A stretch of 32,000 bases of DNA, taken from positions 240,001-272,000 of the forward strand of contig CP064993.1 of the NCBI GenBank assembly GCA_016699955.1, written 5' to 3'. The notes beneath the pieces are model-generated. The model was not told where the DNA came from. It did not search any database and was given only the letters and a program-made list of their open reading frames with translations. The translations under genes and the position numbers were made by a program. Positions 17,309 to 25,947 of this stretch are shown in pieces. The stretch's first letter is position 1. Each line of letters opens with the position of its first letter. This DNA is from Candidatus Saccharimonadota bacterium (GTDB lineage: Bacteria; Patescibacteriota; Saccharimonadia; Saccharimonadales; UBA4665).

Positions 17309-17336
17309 ATTATCTATATTTTGGTAAAAAAGTCAA
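17309..17336 (-). promoter_or_regulatory. sigma70-like promoter reading toward tRNA-Lys
   Basis: Minus strand TTGACT-N16-GATAAT. It would give a leader of about 130 nt before the tRNA. Confidence 0.45.
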
Positions 17337-17459
17337 CGGCTTGCATAAAAAGACTATTGTCTCTGTTTTTAATAATTAACCATTTTATATAAATATTTAC
17401 GCTAGTTTGTCATTATTTTATATTTAAATGTATACTGTTTAATATATAAAGGAGGCACT

Positions 17460-18887
17460 ATGGATGAAAATGTTAAACTGAAAAACTTTCTAGAGCTAGA
17501 CTACGAAACAATCGAGGAAATGAACTTGGCTGCCCGAGCAATTACCGACCCTACCGAAGCCCGCATAAAACATGTGGCCTATTTGGAAGAAACCAAACAG
17601 CTCAAAGCCGTGACGCTATGTTTCAGCGACATTGAGGGTCGACTACACATGCTAGATTATGACCGCAAATTTTTCTTAAGTTCGCTCGACAACCTCACGT
17701 TTGACGGCTCGTCTGTGCGTGGCCTGAGCGAGCAAAGTGAATCTGACCTTCGCTTACAAGTGGACTGGACTAGCCTTACGTTTGTACCGGCAGATATTTT
17801 TGGCGCTGGTAAGGTGATCATTTTTGCAAATATCTGCGACCGAGCACTCGAACCGTACGCTACAGACTTCCGCGCTCAACTACAAACTTACGCAACCGAG
17901 CTCAAGAAAAAAGAAGGCCTTGACGCACACATGGCGCCGGAAATTGAAGGTTTTCTACTGCAAGGCGTCGATGCCGAGCAGCACTACGATGGGCGCAAAG
18001 GCTTCACGCTGGTTTCAACCGGCGGGTATTTTCACTCGCTACCGCTCGATGAACTACGACGTTTTATAGACGCGACAGCCGAAGCACAGCGAGCCATGGG
18101 TTTTGGCAACGAAAAAGATCACCCAGAAGTTGCACCTTCACAGTTTGAGATAAACTACCGCTATACAGACATCGTCCGAGCTTGCGACCAGGCACAGCTA
18201 TACAAACTCGTCTGCCGACAAATAGCTATGAACATGGGCATGACCGCTACTTTCCTGCCCAAACCTATCCAAGGGGTCAACGGAAACGGCATGCACACCA
18301 ATTTGTCACTGGCCAAAAACGGCACAAACTTATTCTACGATGCCAACGGCGAGAGCGGATTGTCGAAACTTGGCTGGGATTTTGTGGGCAACATACTGCA
18401 CCGCGCCGCCGATGTTTGCCTCGTACTAAACTCGAGCGTCAATGCCTACCGTCGGCTTGACCCGGCTTACGAAGCGCCGAATCAAATCAAAGCTTCAGCC
18501 AACGACCGCAGCTCCATGATTCGTATACCGTTTGCTAACGAGAAAACGGCGCGAATTGAAATTCGCTCTGTTGCCCCCGACGCCAACCCTTACTTGGTCG
18601 CCTTTACTTTGCTCAAAACAGGGCTAGACGGCAAGCCGCCCCGCGCCGACAGTAGTAAGCGGCCGCGCGTCCGTGTACTTCCCGACACCATTCATGACGC
18701 CATTCGTTTATATAAAACTAGCGACTACACCTCAAAGCTTCTCGGCGAAACGACAAAGCAAAAATACCTTGCGCCCAAACAAGCTGTAGCCAACCGCAGC
18801 GCGCTTGAGCTCGGTACTCGCATAAAATCAGAGGAAATCATACACCACCACGAAGTCACCAACCAATTTTTATGGAATAGCTTTTAG
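17460..18887 (+). CDS. glnA: glutamine synthetase (type I-like)
   Basis: KPIQGVNGNGMHTNLSL, NAYRRL, EAP, NDRSSMIRIP, RIEIRSVAPDANPYL motifs. Strong SD AAAGGAGG. Confidence 0.9.
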   Translation: MDENVKLKNFLELDYETIEEMNLAARAITDPTEARIKHVAYLEETKQLKAVTLCFSDIEGRLHMLDYDRKFFLSSLDNLTFDGSSVRGLSEQSESDLRLQVDWTSLTFVPADIFGAGKVIIFANICDRALEPYATDFRAQLQTYATELKKKEGLDAHMAPEIEGFLLQGVDAEQHYDGRKGFTLVSTGGYFHSLPLDELRRFIDATAEAQRAMGFGNEKDHPEVAPSQFEINYRYTDIVRACDQAQLYKLVCRQIAMNMGMTATFLPKPIQGVNGNGMHTNLSLAKNGTNLFYDANGESGLSKLGWDFVGNILHRAADVCLVLNSSVNAYRRLDPAYEAPNQIKASANDRSSMIRIPFANEKTARIEIRSVAPDANPYLVAFTLLKTGLDGKPPRADSSKRPRVRVLPDTIHDAIRLYKTSDYTSKLLGETTKQKYLAPKQAVANRSALELGTRIKSEEIIHHHEVTNQFLWNSF

Positions 18888-18964
18888 TTTGTTGTGTTTT
18901 ATCCCCAGCATTTGACGGTTGGTTGATATTGGGCGTACCATAAAGACAAAGGGGGAGATAGAAA

Positions 18965-20035
18965 ATGAAGGTACACAACTTCGGGGCGGGACCGGCGGTT
19001 CTGCCAGATGTGGCGGTCAAAAATACAGCCAAGGCGGTATTGGAACTAGATGGAAGCGGGTTGTCACTACTCGAAGTTTCTCATCGGAGCGCAGCATTTG
19101 AAAAAATAGCCGCTGAGGCCGAAGAGCTTCTGCACGAGCTCTTACAGGTACCTAGTGGCTACCGGACGCTTTTTCTGGGCGGTGGAGCCAGCACCCAGTT
19201 CGTCGTAGTTCCATATAATCTTCTAAACATAAAAGCGGCCTACCTCGAAACAGGCGCTTGGGCTAAGAAAGCAATTGCCGAAGCCGAGCATTTTGGCGCG
19301 GTAGAGGTTGTCGCATCGTCAAAAGATAAAAATTTCACCTACATTCCAAAGGATTACGTCATTCCACCGGATGCTGATTATTTTCATATAACCACAAACA
19401 ACACTATTTTTGGCAGCCAACTTCGAACCGACTTAGTCAGCCCCGTTCCGCTTGTGGCCGATATGTCGTCCGATATTTTGAGCCGACCTCTAGATGTTAG
19501 TAGGTACACTCTTATATACGGTGGATGCCAGAAAAATATGGGTCCTGCCGGTGTGTCTTTTGTGATTATACGGGAAGACGCCCTTGGGAAAGTCGAGCGG
19601 CGAATACCGACGATGCTCGACTACCGCACGCACGTTGAACACAGCTCACTCTACAACACTCCACCAGTTGCCAGCATTTTTACTGTCCGTGAGGTACTTC
19701 GCTGGGTCAAAGCCGAAGGTGGCGTCGTCGAAATGCAAAAACGCGCAGAAGCTCGTGCCAAACTACTTTATGAAGAAGTTGATCGGAATCATCTCTTCAC
19801 TGGCACAGTTGTACCCGAGGATCGCTCGCTTATGAACGCCTGTTTTGTCATGAGTAGTGGCAATGAAGCCAAGGAGCAAGCATTTCTCGACTTTGTGGAG
19901 AAGCGCGGCATTATTGGACTGAAAGGTCACCGTTCAGTAGGAGGTTTCCGTGCCAGCATGTACAACGCTCTGCCGCTTGAAAGCGTTCAAGAACTGGTGG
20001 ATTGTATGAAACTTTTTGAGGAGGAAAATTCATGA
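18965..20035 (+). CDS. serC: phosphoserine aminotransferase
   Basis: [15 protein letters not shown]-terminus, 356 aa, SerC-type layout. Confidence 0.9.
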   Translation: MKVHNFGAGPAVLPDVAVKNTAKAVLELDGSGLSLLEVSHRSAAFEKIAAEAEELLHELLQVPSGYRTLFLGGGASTQFVVVPYNLLNIKAAYLETGAWAKKAIAEAEHFGAVEVVASSKDKNFTYIPKDYVIPPDADYFHITTNNTIFGSQLRTDLVSPVPLVADMSSDILSRPLDVSRYTLIYGGCQKNMGPAGVSFVIIREDALGKVERRIPTMLDYRTHVEHSSLYNTPPVASIFTVREVLRWVKAEGGVVEMQKRAEARAKLLYEEVDRNHLFTGTVVPEDRSLMNACFVMSSGNEAKEQAFLDFVEKRGIIGLKGHRSVGGFRASMYNALPLESVQELVDCMKLFEEENS

Positions 20036-20952
20036 ATGTCTTACTCGCCACCCAAAAACCGTTCTCAAAAGCGGCTGTAGCAGCTATAAGAAAAATCATG
20101 ACCGACGCTGGGCACAAACTGACCGTGCTGGAAAACTACAAAGCACAAACTGACTTTGTGAAAGCCATAAAAAATGCAGAGGCACTAATTGTCAGAAGCG
20201 ACCTCGTTAATGCTGAACTTGTGGAAGCGGCTCCAAAGCTAAAAATAATCGTCCGCGCTGGAGCAGGTTACGACAATATCGACCTTACCGCATGCTCAAA
20301 AGCAAACATTGTCGTCATGAACACGCCGGGTCAAAACAGCAATGCCGTAGCAGAACTCGCTATCGGTCTTATGATTTATAGTGCCCGAAACCTATTTTCA
20401 CCCGGGACAGGCACAGAACTTCGAGGGCGTTCACTTGGTTTGCATGCATTTGGCAATGTCGGCAAGTTGGTCGCCTCACACGCACGAGGTATTGGTATGA
20501 AAGTCTACGCTTATGACCCATATGTGGGCAATGAGATAATGCGCGAATTTGAAGTCGAACCGGTTGATTCGCTGCAGGCATTGTACGAAGCCAGCGACTA
20601 CGTTTCGCTCCACATCCCTGCCCTACCCGACACAATTGCTTCGGTAGGTTATGACTTGATTTCACGAATGCCCCAGGGCGCAACGCTACTAAACACGGCA
20701 CGAAAAGAAGTTGTGGACGAGGTGGGATTACAAAAAGTCCTCACTGAGCGCCCCGACCTCATTTACGTAGCTGATGTCATGCCCGACAGTTACGAAACGC
20801 TCGTGGTAAGTTTTCCCGGACGCGTCTATGCAACACCTAAGAAAATGGGCGCCGAAACTGCTGAAGCAAATGAAAACTCAGGTCGCGCCGCTGCACAGCA
20901 AATAGTCAATTTCTTCGCTACAGGCGACCGTATTTTTCAAGTCAACAAGTAG
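20032..20952 (+). CDS. serA: D-3-phosphoglycerate dehydrogenase-like 2-hydroxyacid dehydrogenase (short form)
   Basis: D-isomer 2-hydroxyacid dehydrogenase pattern ([16 protein letters not shown] site, [14 protein letters not shown]). ATGA overlap with serC. Confidence 0.75.
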   Translation: MNVLLATQKPFSKAAVAAIRKIMTDAGHKLTVLENYKAQTDFVKAIKNAEALIVRSDLVNAELVEAAPKLKIIVRAGAGYDNIDLTACSKANIVVMNTPGQNSNAVAELAIGLMIYSARNLFSPGTGTELRGRSLGLHAFGNVGKLVASHARGIGMKVYAYDPYVGNEIMREFEVEPVDSLQALYEASDYVSLHIPALPDTIASVGYDLISRMPQGATLLNTARKEVVDEVGLQKVLTERPDLIYVADVMPDSYETLVVSFPGRVYATPKKMGAETAEANENSGRAAAQQIVNFFATGDRIFQVNK

Positions 20953-20955
20953 CTG

Positions 20956-21444
20956 CTACTTGTGCTTCTTTTTGTCTCCGTCGGGTTTCCAGCGCGTCAT
21001 GAAAAGATGCAGGATGGTTATTGTCGCTCCTGCAATTACAAAAGACGTCTCAAGATTATTGAGCTCGTGCCAAAGCTGAGTAGATTTTATTGCAGTCTGC
21101 TGCGTGACCGACATGTACGGGACTGCAATAAGCGCCAAAAGCCCGCCACCGGCCGCGGCGGCAATCGCCCCAAGAAATAGTTTCAACCCCTTTAGCTTTT
21201 TTCGGCTGAAATAGAGTACGAGCGGTACAGGAAGCATGAGTAACCCCAGCTGCGTCCACTGCATAGTAACGAGTGCATTAGATTTGCTTGCGCCAGCTAT
21301 TACGCTAGTGACATCTCCCGCGACATAGGTTGCTAACATGCTCCCCATACAAATGCTTAAAAAAACTAGCATTCCGTTGGAGCGCAGCAACACTGTCGCC
21401 AACGGTGGTAACACTACAAGACAAGCAAGAATGGCAAACTCCAT
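20956..21444 (-). CDS. polytopic membrane protein, function unknown
   Basis: About 5 hydrophobic helices and a Lys-rich C-terminus. No family recognised. Confidence 0.5.
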   Translation of the reverse strand: MEFAILACLVVLPPLATVLLRSNGMLVFLSICMGSMLATYVAGDVTSVIAGASKSNALVTMQWTQLGLLMLPVPLVLYFSRKKLKGLKLFLGAIAAAAGGGLLALIAVPYMSVTQQTAIKSTQLWHELNNLETSFVIAGATITILHLFMTRWKPDGDKKKHK

Positions 21445-21557
21445 ATGCTCAACTATACCATAACCATATTGGCTCGTTCGGAGTCCAATACTACAATACT
21501 TTTACACATCTGTCCCAACTGGGACAAAAATGTAGATATGAATAGAATTACTATTGG

Positions 21558-22004
21558 CTAGAAAGAAAGGGTTTGGCCGGTGTGAATGCCGCTGCGGGCG
21601 GCTTCGCCAGTATTGAGCTCTATGACATATTTCGCCGGTTGATCCGGACAATAGCTCTGCGGGTACGTGCTAGGAGAAACTGCCTGCTCAATATGTGTCA
21701 CTCGTTTTTGCGCATCGAGCCATATGATATCAATACTAAATTTCATATCCTTCATCCAAAAACAAACCTTTTCGGGAGTCTCAAACACGAACAACATACC
21801 CTTGCCTTTTGCTAAATTTTTACGATCCCCTAGCCCCTTTTCTCTCAAAGCTGGGCTAACTGCCTTCTCGAGATTGTATGAATAATTGCCATGATTAAGA
21901 GTGACCGAAGAATGATTTTGCATTTTCAGAACTATACCAAATACGAGCAATGCGAAGGCTAAAACTAGCGCGGTATCTCTTTTTTTTATAGCTAATCCAC
22001 CCAT
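21558..22004 (-). CDS. DUF192 domain protein with N-terminal membrane anchor/signal
   Basis: GLGDRKNL.KGKGMLFVF..P....FWMKDMKFSIDIIWLD pattern of DUF192 (COG1430). Confidence 0.7.
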   Translation of the reverse strand: MGGLAIKKRDTALVLAFALLVFGIVLKMQNHSSVTLNHGNYSYNLEKAVSPALREKGLGDRKNLAKGKGMLFVFETPEKVCFWMKDMKFSIDIIWLDAQKRVTHIEQAVSPSTYPQSYCPDQPAKYVIELNTGEAARSGIHTGQTLSF

Positions 22005-22015
22005 ACTTATTTATG

Positions 22016-23392
22016 TCACCCTGGCAATTCGAATGTCTCTTTTATAGCCTGGACTAGTTGCTGTGTTTTAAGATTTAGGTCACCCTTCGCGATAGTTTTT
22101 CCGAGCTTCATTATTTTTAAGATTCTTTTACCCTTTCCAATAATTTCGCCTTCGTTATGGCGACAAAAGATTAGCATGGTGTCTTCGGCTCTGGCATCCT
22201 TGAGAGAATAACCTTCCTTGACAAATTCAACCCTATTTCCTACTAGCTTGTAGACTCCTGGCCTGATATGTTTTTTTAGAATTATATCTTCGTCAGACTG
22301 ATTATTTAGGATTAATAATGAGCCGGGCTTTTTGTAACGAGCAGCACTTGGTAGAGCATCGTTGCCAGTTACTTCATAGCGAAAATTACCTAGCTCCAGT
22401 ACATGCAGTAGCATGAAAGGTATCTTGTCGTTCATCATCTGCATATCACTAATAATATGCGAGTAACCAGTTAAGCGGGCGTTAATTTCTATCGCATAGA
22501 CCTCATCATCAGGCGTAACTATGAGGTCGACCCCAAACACTCCTTTATAGCCATGGCTGGAGAGCTCCGAACCGATGACTGAGGCGATTTCCTGAGCCCG
22601 GTGCTGGACGATATCGGGATAATCAGCACCAATTTCACCGCCACACCAGCGCGTCACACCCTCGATTTTTGTATTACACAGATATTTACTATCGACTAGT
22701 TGACGTTGTATACCGCCGCTAAAAATACCGTATTTTGTAATGCAAACCTGTATACTCGAGATTTCACCGTGTATAAACTGCGAAGCCACTACAGTTCTTC
22801 CTTGGGAAAACTTTTTCAAAGATTTAACTGCATCGACGTAGTCGTTCTCGTTATGAATTGCGTATGTCCCTTTCGACCCAGATGACTCTTCGTCTTGAAG
22901 CATAAATGCTCCTGCAAATCGATCTCGTAAATCTCGATACGAAGCTGCTCTATCCAGCTCGTTCATGTATTTAATCTCGTAGTCGGGAATACGAATCAAA
23001 TCGGCAAATTCATCACGGAAATATCGCTTGTTTTCATAGGCATGAGCAATCGTGGGCGAGTTCATCAAAAAAGCAAGCGGGTTTATCTTGTATGGAGGAT
23101 CAAGCGGTGAATAAAGAGGGTATTTGCGTCGTGGATCAGCCTTAAACATTTCAACAAATTTCTTTACAATGACATACTTGCTGATATTCTCTCCGAGAAA
23201 TGCGTTCTTCAGATTCATAGAAACGGTTCGGCCTCTAAGCGGTATATCTTTCAACCAATCTTGTTTCCGTGGCGTGACTATCTGAAAGTCATCAAAAAGT
23301 CTATCTAACACCAAAAAGTTGTACGGATCAGCGCTGATAACACCAATAGGCTGGTTGACATTATAATCGATTGCAAGCTTGTGTTTAACCAT
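22016..23392 (-). CDS. ATP-grasp domain ligase, subfamily unassigned
   Basis: C-terminal ATP-grasp core HGYKGVFGVDLIVTPDDEVYAIEINARLTG. The N-terminal region of about 170 aa is not recognised. 11 nt upstream of the DUF192 gene. Confidence 0.7.
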   Translation of the reverse strand: MVKHKLAIDYNVNQPIGVISADPYNFLVLDRLFDDFQIVTPRKQDWLKDIPLRGRTVSMNLKNAFLGENISKYVIVKKFVEMFKADPRRKYPLYSPLDPPYKINPLAFLMNSPTIAHAYENKRYFRDEFADLIRIPDYEIKYMNELDRAASYRDLRDRFAGAFMLQDEESSGSKGTYAIHNENDYVDAVKSLKKFSQGRTVVASQFIHGEISSIQVCITKYGIFSGGIQRQLVDSKYLCNTKIEGVTRWCGGEIGADYPDIVQHRAQEIASVIGSELSSHGYKGVFGVDLIVTPDDEVYAIEINARLTGYSHIISDMQMMNDKIPFMLLHVLELGNFRYEVTGNDALPSAARYKKPGSLLILNNQSDEDIILKKHIRPGVYKLVGNRVEFVKEGYSLKDARAEDTMLIFCRHNEGEIIGKGKRILKIMKLGKTIAKGDLNLKTQQLVQAIKETFELPG

Positions 23393-23487
23393 ACGTGATT
23401 AGTCCTTTGTTAGTGTAATACGAAATGCGCAAACCGAGAATTAATTTATTATAGCACTTTTGTGTTTTATATGCTATATCATTGTAC

Positions 23488-24447
23488 CTATAACAAATTG
23501 TCGAACATGAGGGGAGCAAGATGAACGGGCAAACCTTCTGATGGGTATTCGTGAATTTTAAATCCCGGTGAGCTATTTATTTCAAGTAACGGAACGTAGT
23601 TACCCTCAGGTGGTTTCGTAATATCGGCACATATAATATCAAACCCAGCAACAAATAACCCCATCTGACTTGTTATATGACACGCCGTATCAATCCATGC
23701 CTGATTGACTTTTTCCGTGACATTTGCCGCCTCACCCCCTGCACTCACACTCTCAATGTCTGATATCCGGACTGTTTCGTGCTCAAGTGGAACTCGGCTA
23801 AGTGCCTCACCCCCTAGATATCTTTCTACTGCCGGACCCTTTACTTTCTTTAGCGGGGTATCTGACCCGTCACCACGTCTTGGGTCGGCATTTAGACGTA
23901 CGACTAATTGTTCGATTGTTGAGACACCGTCCCCAATAACCTGCGCCGCTCGTCGCTCAGTCACTACAGGAACTGTGCCATTAAGCACAAATATGCGATA
24001 CAACTTCCCTTCTATCTGGTTTTGAGCGATAGCTCGCCCCGAGGGGCTGAATTCTTTTGCCGTGCCAACTGCTTCGATTAGCCGGTCGATTGAAGTAATA
24101 CCGACACTAACACCTTTGCTTTGAGAGCCATCAATAGGTTTTACTACCACGCGCTCATACTTTGACATAAACCTCTCAGCATCTTCTAAAGTATCAATGG
24201 TTGCATACGCCGGCACGCTATAGCCTAGAGACTCCACAAATTCGAGAGTAAGATCTTTGAAAACAGAAATTAATCGGCCGTTTGCCGAACTACGCAAAGG
24301 CCGGGAACCACTAAATATTTCTGTCTTACCTGTGTCCGTAGTAATCCTGCAAAGCCGTGCTTTCATGCCGATTATTTCTACACGCCAGCCACGTTTGCTG
24401 GCTTCATCCAGTAGCAGCTGTCTGGTGATGCTATTTGCCATTGTCAT
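23488..24447 (-). CDS. stand-alone ATP-grasp ligase resembling the cyanophycin synthetase G domain / GshF C-terminal domain
   Basis: VVKPIDGSQSKGV, then RRAAQVIGDGVSTIEQLVVRLNADPRRGDGSDTPLKKV, a segment I associate with CphA-type ATP-grasp domains, and LLEINSSPG. No Mur-ligase-like domain follows. Confidence 0.65.
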   Translation of the reverse strand: MTMANSITRQLLLDEASKRGWRVEIIGMKARLCRITTDTGKTEIFSGSRPLRSSANGRLISVFKDLTLEFVESLGYSVPAYATIDTLEDAERFMSKYERVVVKPIDGSQSKGVSVGITSIDRLIEAVGTAKEFSPSGRAIAQNQIEGKLYRIFVLNGTVPVVTERRAAQVIGDGVSTIEQLVVRLNADPRRGDGSDTPLKKVKGPAVERYLGGEALSRVPLEHETVRISDIESVSAGGEAANVTEKVNQAWIDTACHITSQMGLFVAGFDIICADITKPPEGNYVPLLEINSSPGFKIHEYPSEGLPVHLAPLMFDNLL

Positions 24448-24485
24448 AGTATAGCATCGATTTCACCCTGTTAGATAAGCAACTA

Positions 24486-24599
24486 TTATTGGGCGCTTTG
24501 GACTTTTTTGTATATGAGATAGATGACTAAGCCAAGAACAATTAATAAGAGGAGCTCCAATGTGATGAGGCCGTGCTGATTGTGCTTAAGCTTAGGCAT
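24486..24599 (-). CDS. 37-aa hydrophobic micro-ORF with prepilin-like G-x4-E signature (speculative)
   Basis: Own translation: MPKLKHNQHGLITLELLLLIVLGLVIYLIYKKVQSAQ. No clear SD. Confidence 0.2.
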   Translation of the reverse strand: MPKLKHNQHGLITLELLLLIVLGLVIYLIYKKVQSAQ

Positions 24600-24638
24600 T
24601 TAGTTGTATTATCGCGTGTTTTTCGAAAAAAGTGAAGG

Positions 24639-25751
24639 TTAGAATATGCCGCGTTTCTTTGGAACGGATTGAAATTGCTCGAGTAGCTGTACCTGTTCGC
24701 GGCTGAGTTTGGTTGGTGTGTCGACAATGATGGTGACTATGTGGGCGCCGCGGGTATCTGAACGCAGGTGCGGTACCCCGTGACCAGACAACTTAAAGTC
24801 GGTGCCACTTTGCGTACCCTCGGGAACTTTCATACGCACCATGCCATCGACAGTTTCAACTTCAATTTCTGTCCCAAGTGCCGCGTCGACCATACTAATA
24901 TGCTCGTCGCTGAGTATAAGATCGCCTTCCCGCGTGAAGCGTTTGTGCGCCTTGACGCGTATGTGAACATACATGTCACCTTTTGAACCATTTGCGACAG
25001 CTTCACCATGTTCACGCAGTCGTATGGTTGCGCCGTCATCTATACCGGCTGGAATTTTGAGCTCCACTGTTTGCGTTTGGCGTTCGGTGCCTTTGCCATG
25101 ACAAACGCTACAGACTTTTTCGGGAATCTTACCCTTGCCGTGGCAGGTCGGACAAATTGCCGCCTGCTGGATGTTGCCGAATATGGTTCGCACGGCCTGC
25201 ACAACTTGGCCGCTTCCCTGACATGTCGCACAGGTTTTTAGCTCGTAACCAGGTTCTGCCGTTGTGCCTTTGCAGTGACTACATGTGTCTTCAAGGTTGA
25301 GTCGTAACTCTTCCTCCGTACCAAAGATAGCCTGCTCAAAACTAATCTCGACGCGCGTTTCTATGTCGTTTCCCCTCGCCTGGCGATGACCTCGCTGGCT
25401 TGCTCCCCCACCAAAAAAACTTCCAAATATGTCGCCAAGGCCAAGATCGCCAAAGTCGAAGTTAACATTCTGGCCATTCCATTCGCCACCGTAGCCGCCA
25501 AATGGGCTACCGCCGGCGCCGCCACCACTCGCGCCGCCGACGCCAGCGTGGCCAAATTGGTCATAGCGCTGGCGTTTGCTTTGGTCTTTGAGCACCTCAT
25601 ACGCTTCGTTGACTTCTTTAAACTTAGCTTCATCGCCACCCTGTTTATCTGGGTGCAGTTCGACTGCCTTCCGGCGGAAAGCTTTCTTTATTTCGTCTGC
25701 TGAGGCGTCTTTGCCGACTCCTAGCACTTCATAATAATCTCGTTTTGACAT
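24639..25751 (-). CDS. dnaJ: molecular chaperone DnaJ
   Basis: J domain [17 protein letters not shown] region, four CxxCxGxG zinc motifs. Confidence 0.97.
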   Translation of the reverse strand: MSKRDYYEVLGVGKDASADEIKKAFRRKAVELHPDKQGGDEAKFKEVNEAYEVLKDQSKRQRYDQFGHAGVGGASGGGAGGSPFGGYGGEWNGQNVNFDFGDLGLGDIFGSFFGGGASQRGHRQARGNDIETRVEISFEQAIFGTEEELRLNLEDTCSHCKGTTAEPGYELKTCATCQGSGQVVQAVRTIFGNIQQAAICPTCHGKGKIPEKVCSVCHGKGTERQTQTVELKIPAGIDDGATIRLREHGEAVANGSKGDMYVHIRVKAHKRFTREGDLILSDEHISMVDAALGTEIEVETVDGMVRMKVPEGTQSGTDFKLSGHGVPHLRSDTRGAHIVTIIVDTPTKLSREQVQLLEQFQSVPKKRGIF

Positions 25752-25758
25752 CAGATAA

Positions 25759-25796
25759 ATTGTACGCTTTTAGCACTCAAAAGTCTAGAGTGCCAA
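25759..25796 (-). promoter_or_regulatory. dnaJ promoter overlapped by a CIRCE operator
   Basis: The CIRCE at 25770..25796, read on the plus strand, is TTAGCACTC-N9-GAGTGCCAA. On the minus strand, -35 TAGACT sits inside the CIRCE spacer, followed by a 17-nt gap and -10 TACAAT (25759..25764), which ends 7 nt before the ATG. Confidence 0.75.
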
Positions 25797-25915
25797 GTGT
25801 GTGCGACGGCACTAACCTCCCCTGCCAGTTTATTTGGTCAGTGGCAATGCTTTAATTTCTCCGCTGACTAAGCGCCCAGTACTGCATTCGATAATTAATA
25901 TGTACCACTGGTATT

Positions 25916-25940
25916 AAAAAAGGAGCGCCAATGGCGCCCC
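25916..25940 (-). terminator. intrinsic terminator after dnaK
   Basis: Minus strand GGGGCGCC-ATT-GGCGCTCC followed by TTTTTT. One pair is G-U on the minus strand but A-C on the plus strand, which supports the orientation. Confidence 0.75.
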
Positions 25941-25947
25941 CTGGGGT

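Noticed and set aside
17176-17379. 67-aa plus-strand ORF between tRNA-Lys and glnA
   Set aside because: It has no SD, is overlapped by the three-way-junction structure and by a minus-strand promoter, and its composition looks non-coding.
17380-17459. Looked for a glutamine riboswitch (glnA RNA motif) or a TnrA/GlnR box (TGTNAN7TNACA) upstream of glnA
   Set aside because: Neither pattern is present. There is only AT-rich promoter-like sequence and one near-palindrome.
20946-20962. Palindrome CAAGTAGC-T-GCTACTTG spanning the convergent stop codons of serA and the membrane protein gene
   Set aside because: The loop is too small for a full-length hairpin and there is no U-tract, so it is probably a coincidence of two facing stop contexts. 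It is not called as a terminator.
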